Positions 39,542-50,417 of a DNA stretch of 64,000 nt are shown in pieces; position 1 is the stretch's first letter, and each line of letters opens with the position of its first letter. Position numbers and translations under genes: made by a program. Source of the DNA: Phaeosaccion multiseriatum (lineage: Eukaryota; Protista; Ochrophyta, other classes); the NCBI GenBank assembly GCA_965112735.1, contig OZ218953.1:3348001-3412000 (forward strand), in the 5' to 3' direction. Below the pieces are notes generated by a model. It had not been told where the DNA came from, did no database searches, and saw only the letters and a program-made list of their open reading frames with translations.

Positions 39542-40251
39542 ATGTCAGCGGAAGTAGTGGACATGGTGAGTTTAGTCTGGTGCGGGCATGAGAAGGGAAG
39601 GGAAGGTGTAGCCCTACCCTTGGTTACGCAACACCGCGCCCGTACTCAGTTTCAGATGGCTGGAGTGGGTTAGAATCGCATGACATGAACTTGAACTTTA
39701 GCAGTACCTTGAGGTCCTTGCACATGGTGATGACTACGGGAATGATGCCGAAATGCAGCATCTTCTCCCGGCACGTGCTCTGGAAGGAAAAGGGGAGAAT
39801 TGTGAGAGGCATGTGCGTATGGGGAACAAGAGTGAGTGCCTCGCCTCCCCTCCCGAGCCATTGCATCCGTTACGAGCAAACACGCACGCACACACACGCA
39901 CGCACGCACGCACGCACGCACACACACGCACACACGCACGCACGCACACACAGGCACGCACACACGCCCACGCACCTCCGTGGCCAAGAGCGCGATGGTG
40001 TGTGCCACCTCTCTCTTCACTGCCACCTCCTCCACATCGCAGAGCAGCGCGATGGACTTGGTGGTGCTGCTGTCCGCCATCTTGGTGCGGCAGCGGGCGT
40101 CAGCAGCGAAGTTGCACAGCGTGTGCGCACACAGCCGAATCGTGGCCGGGCTGGCCCTGTGCTCGACGAGAGGGAGGGAGGGAGGGAAGAAAGGGTGCAG
40201 AACTGAGCTGGTACGACTGCTGCTACTCCTCCTACGGCACTACTGCTGTTG

Positions 40252-40328
<77 letters not shown>

Positions 40329-40340
40329 ACAACTACTACA

Positions 40341-40379
<39 letters not shown>

Positions 40380-42495
40380 CTACTACTGCTACTACTATTA
40401 GCTGGCTCATTAAGACCGGAGAGAGCGATACAGGGGCGTGGTCAACAAGCCCCCCTCCCTCACGCCCCCCCTCCCCTCAAGGAAAGAAGCCTGAACTCAC
40501 CCGTTGTTGTCCGCCGCCTTGGCCACAATGCGTATGGTACCCTCCTCCACCAAAGGCTGCTGATTGTTCTTCAGGGAAGAGAGGTTGCAAACCAACTGTG
40601 ACACACCAACCACAAAGCAAGAGATGCGGTAGATGATGAGGAAGAAGAAAAGAACACTCGTGTCAATAACTTCTCTCTGCACCACCCCTGTGGAGAGTTG
40701 TCGCTGGGTGGATGCTCCCTGGGTCGCTGTCACTCCATCAGAAACACCCAATTACACCCTCCCTCCCTGATAGATTGACTGCCCCTGCTGTCACTCCACC
40801 AGAAACACCCAAGCACACCAACTACCATCCCCTCCCCAAAGCACACGTGCCTGCAGCAGAAGGTGCTCGTTGTAGGACCCGCTCTCCGTGACGGTGGACA
40901 GGTGGATGGTCGCGTCGTTGATCTCGTCCACCTTGACCAACATCTGCTCACGGGCACACGCGGCATACAAGCATACGGGCATACGCGGCATACAAGCATA
41001 CAGGCATACGCGGCATACAAGCATACACAGAGAGGTATACGCATATGACGCGAAGGGCTCTGACTCTCGCACTCAAGCGAGGTGTTGAAACAAATTAAAT
41101 GGTCAAGGCTGATACCGTGATGTAGGCCTTGACTGCGCGGTAGGCTGGCTGGCTGTGACGTAAGCATGACGTCAGCAAGAAGGGATTTTCCCAAAGCATA
41201 CCTTGCAGGCGGACATGTTGATAAGTGTCTTGAGGCACAGCTCCAGCAGGTGCGGCGCGGCCCTGTGGATGGCCAGCACGGCGGAGGGCAGCCCGTCGGA
41301 CACCAGGCGGTTCTCACAGCCCTTCACGGCAGCCAAGTTGCACAGTGCCTCCAGGCAGGTCTTCTTCAGCGCCTGCGTAGCGTGGGGCCGGGGCGGGGCG
41401 GAGTGGGGTGGGGTGAAATATGGGGCCCAATTGAATTGCGCGGTTTAGGCCTTTGGAGGCGTTCCTCTCGCTCGTACCTTGCTGTGTGTGGTGAGGGCGA
41501 GGGCGATGATGTGCAGATGCGCCTCCTGATCGATCATGCGCTGCCGCACCTGGCTCTCGCTGGCCAAGTTGTTGAAGGCGAGGCCACAGCTCATGCGTGT
41601 TCGACTGTCCGTGCAGTGCGACAGTTTGGACAGGGCCGCGATGGCGCCCTTGTCCACCACACCCACCCGCTTCTCGGGCTTCTCCGTCAGTGTGGCCAGC
41701 GAGACCGCCAGGCGGCGCAGTCGGGCGTCGCCTGCTGCGCGCTGTGCCATGGAGGCTTCGGTCGTGACGGCCTCCTCGGAGGTCAGCTCTCCGTGCAAAG
41801 ACTCCTTCCTCTGGGCACCCTCCTGGAGAAGGAGGAGGAGGAGTGCAGGGTTTACAGACAGACAGACAGGCAGACAGACGGAAATAACGGAGACACAGAT
41901 CGCGTTGCGGAGTAAGTACAGCGCATACAAAGATGCTTGTTTGAACAGGACCAGGCTCGGCAAAAGCAAGCAGATCTGAGGGAAACGCTTACTGTAGATA
42001 TGGTATGGGTTCACGTCTGCTACCTCACATCTCCTCACCTTAGTGGCAGCCTTGGCCTTACGCGGGTCCCTGCTCGGATCGAGGCGGGAGAGGTAGAGGA
42101 GACCCTCGTCATTCTTTGTTCGCTGGGAGAAGAGGTCCCCATTGTAGGGCTTGAACAAGCGGGCGATGTACGCAAGCCTTTTCTTGGTCAACACCTTGCT
42201 CTGGTCGTCACCGTCGCCGCCACTGCCATCGAAACTACTGCTGCCACCACCTCCACCACCTCCACCACCTCCACCAGCAGTACCCCCTCCACTTTTTTCA
42301 TCATTGCCCCCTCCGCCGCCTGCACTCTCGCCGTCATCGCCCCCTCCAGCGCCTCCGGGGTGGGAATCTGCGCCCTGATTGCTACTGCTAATACTCTTCG
42401 TATTGAGGCCCTTCCCCACTGAAATACTACTACTCACCCTGTCAGGGTGCCGCCTCCCGGCTCCCTCCTTCGCGGTGCCTTCAAAAGCGGGCATG
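29685..42495 (-). CDS. Large armadillo-repeat protein (Vac8-like giant ARM), about 27 exons; start codon uncertain
   Basis: Exons splice continuously in frame and give many ARM helices (GAIAALSKL..SCGLAFNNLAS; CLEALCNLAA; CAHTLCNFAA; CAAILCNLSS; ALALCNLS; NCASALRSLT). Stop TAA at 29685. First in-frame ATG at 42495. Confidence 0.85.
32158..32746. repeat. Compound intronic satellite: 12-bp (GTAGATGAGTTG)n plus ~400 bp degenerate (CA)n
   Basis: Read directly. Confidence 0.9.
39455..39541 (+). repeat. (GTT)n microsatellite, intronic
   Basis: Read directly. Confidence 0.95.
40252..40396 (+). repeat. (CTA)n microsatellite, intronic
   Basis: Read directly. Confidence 0.95.
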
Positions 42496-42741
42496 CTGGG
42501 GGAAGCGGGGAGGTGGACGTCCTCGTCCCTCTTGACATGCCCATATTCTCCCAAATTGTAACGCTACCTAAGTCAGGGAAGGATGGCAGTCAATGGTCAC
42601 TTTACTTTTCCGCTGTTTTCTTCACCCCACAATAATGGCCTATTTCCGCGGGCAGTCATGAGGGGCGAAGGACAATGGTTATAGGTATGGGGATCTGATA
42701 TAGTGATGCGGTAGAGGCTAGTCTCTGGGGCTTGTAGATGT

Positions 42742-45700
42742 ATGGCTAGGTCCAGTAAGAAGAGAAAGAGGCCCGGGTCCCCCTCCTCCACCGCTACTGC
42801 CGCCCCAGCAGCCGAGCCCAGCGCTGGTCGGGCTTCGGAAGGTGGGGGTGTCGCTGGGGACGACAATACCTTGCTGAGGAGGTCGAGGAGGCGTGCGCGA
42901 GCTCCGTCTCGGGCTGACGATGGTCCCGAGACGCCTGCTTCCGCCCCGACGGGCAAGAGGGGAGAGAAAAGGGCTCGCCCACAGGCATCTGCCTCTGCGA
43001 TTGCCGCGGCCACTGCTGCTGCTGCTGCTGCCTCGGCCGCCATTGCAGAGTTAGGATCTCCTACTGCAGGGATACGTGGCACTTCCGCGGCTCCGACCTC
43101 CGTCAGTGAAGGCACCGCCTCTCGGGCGACTACGCGCTCATCACCACCACCAGCATCGTCGCGATCATCACCACCACCAGCAGCACCAGCAGTAACGCCA
43201 GCAGCGCCAGAAGCACCAGCAGCAGCGGTTCCGTCACTTTGTGTGGCCTCACCCCGCCTGCCAGGCTTCAGCTCACCTCCCACAGGGGCTCCAAAGCGGC
43301 GGATTCGCGACTACTCGGGGCGAGACCATTCCAAGCGGAAATCGCGCGCCAAACCAATCGACCCCTCCAGACCACCGCCCATGCTCCGCGCAGAGGCAAT
43401 GGCGTGGGCTGCCGCGTTGGGCAAGGACGCCCTCGAGCACGTGAGAGAGCACGGCAGGCGGCACGTGGCGGCAAAGAGGGCGCTGAGAGCGGCGAGCCCC
43501 ACCTGCCCCGCGCACATGCACACACTGCAGCTCAACTTTATCGTGTATCGAGTCGCAGTGAGGAGGAGGGGGGGATGGGGAGGGGAAGGGAGAGGGGGGC
43601 GAGAGGAGGGAAGGAGCAGCCCCAGCAGGAGCACCAGGGCGGGTGGAGTGAGGAGTGGGAGAGGGCAAGGAGGTGATAACGGAGGCGAAGGTGAAGAAGG
43701 TGGTGCTTTCGTTTCCGTGGTGGTCGAGCACTTTGTCGACATCGCTGAGGCCCTTGAGCTCAGCAGAATGGCGCTGACCAGGGCTGAGGCCTGCGCTGCG
43801 GCGGTGAGGGCCTCACCCCACACGGCGGAGGGCCTCCATAGGGGCATGGTGGCCGGGTTCGAGTACCGCAACATATTGTCGGTGAAGGACATGATCAAGA
43901 GGCAACATGTGCCCGCGGAGGAGAAGGTAGCCAAGGCGGTGCGCTCGGCAGAGGCAGCGGTACGTGTGTGGTGTTGTGTGTGTGGTGTGTGGTGTGACTG
44001 CCACGCCACGCTCCCTATGCTGGAGGAGGTTAGGGAACGAGCGAAGGGCAGACAAGTGCTTTCTGTCTTCCTTGTGCTTTTGCAGGGCTCGCTCATGCCC
44101 CCTCCCCTTGATGTCCCGTTTCATCTGCCCTCCGGGACAAGAAGGTCACTCAGCTACCCCATGCTTTCTTCCTCTTCCTCCCCCCCCCCCCCTTTCCATG
44201 TCGAACAGGTACGCAGCGCTGAGGCTCTGTCACGCCAGGCAGGGGAGGCTGCCGTCCATTCCGCGAGGGAGCGGGGAGACGCAGGTGCCGAGTATGTGTC
44301 CATAGAGCTTGCCCTGCCATACCCCCTACCAGTGGCGTGTACGTGCGGGCCGCCCGTGGGCCCGTCGGATAAGGTGTCGTCCGCGGAGAAGGGGTGGCGC
44401 TGGGGGGGGGGCGTTGTAGATGCTGCTGCTGCTGCTGCTGCTGCTGTATCGCCAAAGGCTGGTGCTGCTAGAGGCGGTGGTGGTGCTGCTGCTGCAGCTG
44501 CCAGCGGTGAAGAACAGCAGGAACAGGAGCAGCAGGAACAGGAGCAGCAGGAGCAGGAACAGGGGGAGAAGACAAAAGGCGGCGGGACGACGCGAGGGAA
44601 GAGCAAAGGAGGAGAGTCATCATCGCTAGAGACAGAGGCAGGGAGTAGGAACGCGACCTGGGCCGAGCGGCAGGAGAGGGCTTGGCTGAAGAACCTCCCG
44701 CCCCGCCCCAAGAGCACGAGGGTGCTGGCCACGGCAGCGCAGACCCTCTTGGAGCGAGATGGGCCCTTGCGTATCTCTCGCGAGCTTTTGAAGGTCAAGC
44801 TGCGCCAGAGGCTCGCACAAGAGGTGCGCAGGGCTTTTGTGCAGCTCAAGGGCGTAGAGGGGATGGGGCTGCTGGCCGCGACGACAGAGTCAGGGTCAAG
44901 ATCAGGGTCAAGATCAGGGTCAAGATCAGGGTCAAGATCAGGGTCAAGATCAGGGTCAAGATCAGGGTCAAGATCAGGGTCAAGATCAGGGTCAGGGTCA
45001 GGGTCAGGTTCAGGGTCAGGGTCAGGGTCGGCGGTCTCCCCCTTTGCAGCGGCCTTGGGCCCCGTGCTGCGGGCAGCTCTGCCGGAAGTCGTGGAGCAGA
45101 CCCTAGCCTACGGACGGGGGCGCTACGCAGAGGCGGTGGAGGACGTGACGGAGTATGCAGAGCGACTCCCCTCCACACGCAACGACCTTTGCCGCAGCGG
45201 GGGCGTCGCGCGGGGGGGTGGCAGAGGTGGTGCTGGTGCTGGTGATGGTGTTGGTGGTGCAAATAGCGGTGCGGGGGGCAGTGGGGGCGGCGGGGCGGCG
45301 AGTAGTGATGGCAGTGCTGCCACGCAGGGTGACGTGGACACCGCTGCTTCTGTCGCTGCTGCCGGGGCTGCCGCCTCCATTGCTGCTGCGGCCGCTAGCG
45401 AAGGGTCCGCAGGTACTACCACAGCGACTGGTGCTGCTGCTACATCACCCAGTGCTCCTTCTAGTGGTGCTGCTGTATTACCCACTGCACCAGCTGGCGG
45501 TCGCGCTGTCGTGGCCGAAGAGGCCTCTAGCACAGCAGCAGCCCCACCCCCGGCATGGAGCACCTCCAAGTGCGCCAACTGCGGCAAGTGCTTCGGTCAA
45601 GGAGGAGGAGCAGCATTTGTTGGTACAGCAGGAGCACAAGCAGAAGCAGGAGGAGGAGGGGGCGGCGGGCGGCAGGGCCTCCTTTGCACGTGCACCGATC

Positions 45701-46767
45701 GCAGCTTCACTCGCGCCGAGAAGCTCCTGCGTCAGGAGGAAGCGCTTGTGGGGGAGGACTGGGTCTGGAGAAGGGCCAAGGGCAAGGGCAAGAGTGTCTT
45801 GCTTCCCGGCGAGGCCGGTCCGGGAGGGGGAGGCACTAGCAATGCAGGCAGTGCCCTTATCCACGCACTGTGCATGTCGTCTTCCGCCACTCTTCCTCCT
45901 ACTAGCCCTCCTGGTCGTGGGCGTGGGGGCAGCAGCAGCAGGAGGAGGAGGAGGGCCAGCGGAAAGACAACAGGCATCCAGCAGCAGCAGCAGCAGCAGC
46001 AGCACCTCCTCCAGCACGAAGATGAGGCAGTGCAAGAAGCAGCCTTGTGGCGGCTCCACTTTTCCACCGACTACGAGCCTGCGATTGCGCAGTGGTTCGC
46101 GCACGGCCCCTCCTCCTCCTCCGGCGGCGGCGGCGGTGGCTCTGAACGGGAGGGACAGGAGGCGTCCTGGGGCGGAGCGGGCGGCAATTTCCCCTTCGCA
46201 GCAGCAGCAGCAGGTCCGGCTCCGGCTCTGGCTCCTCGTCCCGACCCCTCTGTGCCTGAGAAGAAGAAGAGGGGTCGAGCAGCCGGCTGGGGCTACAAGT
46301 GCATCCCTCCCCCTCCCTCGCCGCCAGCCCCCGTGGCTGCCCCCGTTCTCCGACCGTCCCGCGGCCTGCTCGGCTATTTGCACCTCCTGGCAAGTCAAAA
46401 GACAGAGGGCACGCCTCAGCTGCGGGGCTTGATGGACGAGTCGGCGTTGCTCGTGTCGGGGGTGTTGCTGGAGGAGATGATGGGGCAGGTGGTGCGGCGG
46501 TGGAGGAGGAGCAGGTACAGGACGGAGGCGGGCGGGGGGGGGCACGCCGCACTGAAGGAGGAGGAGCAGGAGGAGGAGGAGGAGGAGGAGGAGGAGGAGG
46601 AGGAGGAGGAGGAGGAGGAGCGACAGAGGCGGACCGTAGCGGGAGCGGAGGAGGAGGATGATGAAGAGGAGGAGGAGGAGGAGGAGGAGGAGGAGGAGGA
46701 GGGGGAGGAGGGGGAGGAAGAGGATGAGGAGAAGGACGAGGATGAGGATGATGATGAAGTCATGTAG
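42742..46767 (+). CDS. Large, mostly low-complexity, probably nuclear protein with C-terminal Rrn10-like motif and acidic tail
   Basis: 1341-codon open frame with N-terminal NLS (KKRKRP). Probable in-frame intron 43960-44208. CANCGKC...CTC Cys cluster. RPSRGLLGYLHLLASQ...LMDESALLVSGVLLEEMM. Poly-E/D end. Confidence 0.7.
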   Translation: MARSSKKRKRPGSPSSTATAAPAAEPSAGRASEGGGVAGDDNTLLRRSRRRARAPSRADDGPETPASAPTGKRGEKRARPQASASAIAAATAAAAAASAAIAELGSPTAGIRGTSAAPTSVSEGTASRATTRSSPPPASSRSSPPPAAPAVTPAAPEAPAAAVPSLCVASPRLPGFSSPPTGAPKRRIRDYSGRDHSKRKSRAKPIDPSRPPPMLRAEAMAWAAALGKDALEHVREHGRRHVAAKRALRAASPTCPAHMHTLQLNFIVYRVAVRRRGGWGGEGRGGREEGRSSPSRSTRAGGVRSGRGQGGDNGGEGEEGGAFVSVVVEHFVDIAEALELSRMALTRAEACAAAVRASPHTAEGLHRGMVAGFEYRNILSVKDMIKRQHVPAEEKVAKAVRSAEAAVRVWCCVCGVWCDCHATLPMLEEVRERAKGRQVLSVFLVLLQGSLMPPPLDVPFHLPSGTRRSLSYPMLSSSSSPPPPFHVEQVRSAEALSRQAGEAAVHSARERGDAGAEYVSIELALPYPLPVACTCGPPVGPSDKVSSAEKGWRWGGGVVDAAAAAAAAVSPKAGAARGGGGAAAAAASGEEQQEQEQQEQEQQEQEQGEKTKGGGTTRGKSKGGESSSLETEAGSRNATWAERQERAWLKNLPPRPKSTRVLATAAQTLLERDGPLRISRELLKVKLRQRLAQEVRRAFVQLKGVEGMGLLAATTESGSRSGSRSGSRSGSRSGSRSGSRSGSRSGSRSGSGSGSGSGSGSGSAVSPFAAALGPVLRAALPEVVEQTLAYGRGRYAEAVEDVTEYAERLPSTRNDLCRSGGVARGGGRGGAGAGDGVGGANSGAGGSGGGGAASSDGSAATQGDVDTAASVAAAGAAASIAAAAASEGSAGTTTATGAAATSPSAPSSGAAVLPTAPAGGRAVVAEEASSTAAAPPPAWSTSKCANCGKCFGQGGGAAFVGTAGAQAEAGGGGGGGRQGLLCTCTDRSFTRAEKLLRQEEALVGEDWVWRRAKGKGKSVLLPGEAGPGGGGTSNAGSALIHALCMSSSATLPPTSPPGRGRGGSSSRRRRRASGKTTGIQQQQQQQQHLLQHEDEAVQEAALWRLHFSTDYEPAIAQWFAHGPSSSSGGGGGGSEREGQEASWGGAGGNFPFAAAAAGPAPALAPRPDPSVPEKKKRGRAAGWGYKCIPPPPSPPAPVAAPVLRPSRGLLGYLHLLASQKTEGTPQLRGLMDESALLVSGVLLEEMMGQVVRRWRRSRYRTEAGGGGHAALKEEEQEEEEEEEEEEEEEEEEERQRRTVAGAEEEDDEEEEEEEEEEEEEGEEGEEEDEEKDEDEDDDEVM
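44890..45027 (+). repeat. Coding minisatellite (TCAGGGTCAAGA)x8 + (TCAGGG)n encoding (SGSR)n(SG)n
   Basis: Read directly. Confidence 0.92.
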
Positions 46768-47037
46768 AGGGACGGCATTGAAAGCTACGAGTTTGATGCA
46801 ATTTGCGTGGTCGGTTCCGCGAATGAATTGCAGTCATAGTTTTGCATTGAGCCTCCCTCATTCTGGCTTTTCTTCCTTTTCCTATGTACATCTTCTCTAC
46901 TGGTTGGTGTCTTCTGCCTCCTCTCACTCGAGTTTGGAGATCCGTCGTCCCCTGCACTGCTGGTGCTGCTGCTGTGCGTCCCGGTTCCGCGCCCACCGTG
47001 CCGATATCTCTCTTTCGGTGTGTGAAGACGGATCCAT

Positions 47038-47164
47038 ACTCCTCGACACTGTGGGAATCCCAGGGTTTGAGTACTTGGGCAAGTACAGAAAACCCGCAAA
47101 CTTACTATAGAAAGAGTTCGCGGGTTTTCAGTAAGTGCCGGGAATTCCCACAGTGAGGAAGAGT
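47038..47164. other. Imperfect inverted repeat / branched hairpin in a convergent intergenic region
   Basis: CACTGTGGGAAT (47047-58) pairs with ATTCCCACAGTG (47144-55). TACAGAAAACCCGCAAACT pairs imperfectly with AGTTCGCGGGTTTTCAGTA. Side stem GTACTTG-GG-CAAGTAC. Confidence 0.8.
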
Positions 47165-47404
47165 GCGGACCAACACACACACACAGAGAGAGAGAATGAG
47201 CGCTAATAAAAAACGCGAAACGCACAAATCGAAGTTTTTGCCCCCCTCCCTCCCCCCCCCCCCCTCCACGACAGGCATGCAGAAGCAGCCTCCTCTCCAA
47301 GCAAGCGCAAGGAGAAGGTGTAGCTATAGCGCGCTAGTTCGACCACGCAAGTGAGTGAAGTGAGGTAGGTGTGTGCCGGTCTACGCACTACCATCCACTA
47401 CCAT

Positions 47405-49831
47405 CTATGCCAGTGCGTGAAGGTCGGCGGGGTACTTGATGATGCCTTCTGAGAACCTGGGCTCTGCGCTGACAATGTAGGCCCCCCCGTCGGAGGGAGT
47501 GGTCACGAACACTTGCCCCTCCACCCCTCTATCACGCGCCGCCTCCAGCATAGCCTCTGCCACCTGCGGCGATAGGTAGACAGGTAGACCGGCCGGCAGG
47601 CAGGCAGGCAGGCAAGCGAGTAGTATGTCAGACAAGGCCAAGTTGGTAGTACGTCAGGCAAAGATCAAGTGAGTAGAAAGTCAGGCAAGATCAATGTCAG
47701 GGTCAGGGTGAAGGCCAGGCACAAAAAGACATGCCCAAACTTTGCCAAGAAGAAGGCCGTCCCTCCCTGACTCCCTCTCCGCTTTGCGCACCTGCCTATC
47801 CACTCTCTCTGCCTCTCTCTGCGTGAAGATGTCCCCACTGGCTCCGCTCGTAAGGGCGGCAACCGTCGGACCCGCTCCACTGAGATATGCGCCACACGCC
47901 CCCGCCTCCACCGCAGCCTGTGGAGGGGAGGGACGGAGGGAAGGGGGGAGGAGATGTAAGTCGATGAATGGAAGCGCGAAGGTCAGAGCGCAGGGCAGGT
48001 CAAAGGACAACAGAGCCAAGCCAAGCTTCAGCGGCCATAAAGAGCACGGCGTGCTGGCCCGTAGCAGGGGAAACACAGGACGAACAAGGCCGCCAAGAAG
48101 ATAAGCGAGCGAATGAACAACCAACACGCGAAGTACCTCCATCATGTCGTTGAGGTAGGGATACACCGCCGCTGCCCGTTGGGGCTGGTGGAGGGCGTCT
48201 TGGAACCCGCACTGGTGAGGGAGGGAGGGAGGGAGGGGGGGAGGATAGACAAGGAGCGGGGGCGGGGTGGTGGATCAGCCTAGCTCGGACTTGCCGGCCT
48301 TTCGTCGTGGTCGGAAGGAACAGTAGTATAGTGGAGAGGAGAAGTAGCGCACTACGGCTTGCTGTGAGACCCCACAGCCCCACCCTCACTGCTCGCCATC
48401 GATCGAAAACGACATATCCATATACCTTCAAATTGTCCAGGTTGCCCGAGCTCAGCGCGTTGATGAGCCAGGCCACTCTGCCCAGCGTGAATTTGGCCTC
48501 GTCTCGCGTGACCGTATCGTTGAGCACGCCGCGGGCAGTGCTAGTCTTCCCGATGAAGTCGGGGATGAAGAGCACCACCTGCCGCACATCACAAAGAGCA
48601 CAGTACGGTCGAAGGAGAGCAGTGGGGCGACAGTGGGGGGACGGGGAGGACAGGGGAGGAAGACACAGACACACCCGCGTGAATGAATCAATGTTGAGAG
48701 AAGAGCAAAGGACAAGACACTCATTTCATCTTCTTCCCCTTCGCGAGAGATTCACTCTGTGCAGGCACAGCCCTACTCTTGGTTCCCTCCTGCTCCCTGC
48801 CGTCCCTTCCTGCACAAGGGCTCCGATGGGCTGGACTATGGGATAGACAACGCCTCCTGCCGCCCCCTCGCCCCCCTTCCTCTTCCTCCCACACGGGCCG
48901 CACCTGGAGGCCTGCTGGTAGCGGCACCCTCTCTGACTGCCACCTCTCTCCATTGTGGATGCCCATTTGGCACCCGCCGTAGATGACCGGGGCGACATTA
49001 TCGGGATGTCCCTCAATCTCGCAGGCCAGCTGCAGCAGCTCCTCGCTTCCCCAGCACGGCAGCCGATGGCCTGCCAGAGCCAGGCCTGCAATCAGGCCTG
49101 CGGCAATGGCTGCGCTGCTGCTCCCCAGCCCTCGGGCATAGGGAATCCTGAGGGCAGCAGGCACCACAGACAGCGGACAGAGAGAAGGGTGCTTTGAGCC
49201 AAGAGGGGCTAGAGACAGCAAGAGGGGGAGGGAGAGACAGAGAGATCGAGTGACGCGCCCAGCCCAAAGTGACCCATGCCAAGCACCCACGCGACTCACC
49301 TGTTGATGACTTTGTACTTGAGGACGGGCATCTCCTTCCCGGCCGACTCGAAGGCAGACTTGAGCCCCACCACGATGTAGTTGCTCTCGTCCAGAGGGAC
49401 CTTGGCATGACACGAACGGAGGAGAGGGGCGTGAGCTCCACAAAGTCGAGGGAGTTGTGGTCGTATGGGGCCACTCGCGGCAGCTAAGCCTCGCGTCCTT
49501 GTCGACCTCTCTCCCCGCGCGCCTCCCCTCCGGCCACCCCCACCCTCTCAAACGCACACACTTACCTCCTCAAAGCCCTCTCCCTCGTAAACCATCTCGA
49601 ACTTATCCGCCCTCTCGACGGTGACCTCCGACCACATGTTGAGGGCCATACCCAGGCAGTCGTAGCCCGGGCCCATGTTGGCAGAAGTGGCGGGCACGCG
49701 CACCGTCACCTTGGTTCTCTCCTGTGGAGGCCGGAGTGTAGTACAGTACAATACATCATGGGTGTGCAATTGGACAAGAATGGTCAGAGATGGTAGCCAG
49801 CAGGACGGATGAGGCCACGCCACGCACGCCT

Positions 49832-49888
<57 letters not shown>

Positions 49889-50345
49889 CACATACCTGCG
49901 CGGCTTCAAGCATGATGGCCTCACGAATGTCAAGCGACGACATCATCTTGGACAGCTGTCTCTCTAGCCGTACGGACGGATCCCCCTCGTCCGTCCCCTC
50001 CTTCCCTCCTGACTCGCCCAGCTTCTTACTGTCAGGAGTCAAGTTCCTCTCGATGCGGTCTCTCATCTTCGCCTCGTGCTGATAGGGCATTGCCATTCGC
50101 GTCCCGTCCGCACTGCTATTCGACGACCCCCGCGCATCCCTATACTCTCCCAAGCTGCTGCTCCGTTGCTTTCTCCTCTCTGTCGCGTCCGCGTTGCCCT
50201 TGTTCGTGCTACCTCTACCGCCACCGCCGCTGCTGCTTCTGCTGCTGCCACATCTCCGCTTGGACAGCTGGGCAGCAGACAGGATTAGTGCGCCTGCCAC
50301 CGCCCCTGCTGCAAGCAGCAGCACTTTCTCTTTGCTTGACGACAT
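47405..50345 (-). CDS. thrB: Homoserine kinase (GHMP family) with N-terminal membrane anchor, 8 exons
   Basis: [51 protein letters not shown] and LSGAGPT. Confidence 0.95.
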
Positions 50346-50382
50346 GGAGGTGCTGCTGGTGTTGCCCCCCCCCCAATTCTTT

Positions 50383-50417
<35 letters not shown>

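Noticed and set aside
44890-45027. (TCAGGG)n as an interstitial telomere
   Set aside because: In frame within a CDS, derived from a 12-bp unit, and not canonical TTAGGG/TTTAGGG.
42597-46778. Long antisense and alternative-frame ORFs overlapping the 1341-aa ORF
   Set aside because: Expected shadows of GC-rich low-complexity coding sequence, with no recognisable motifs.
2809-50345. Bacterial-like genes (gatB, engB, thrB) as a prokaryotic contig or recent HGT island
   Set aside because: All have multiple spliceosomal introns and eukaryotic N-terminal extensions, and they are interspersed with RACK1, SNARE and RBM22.
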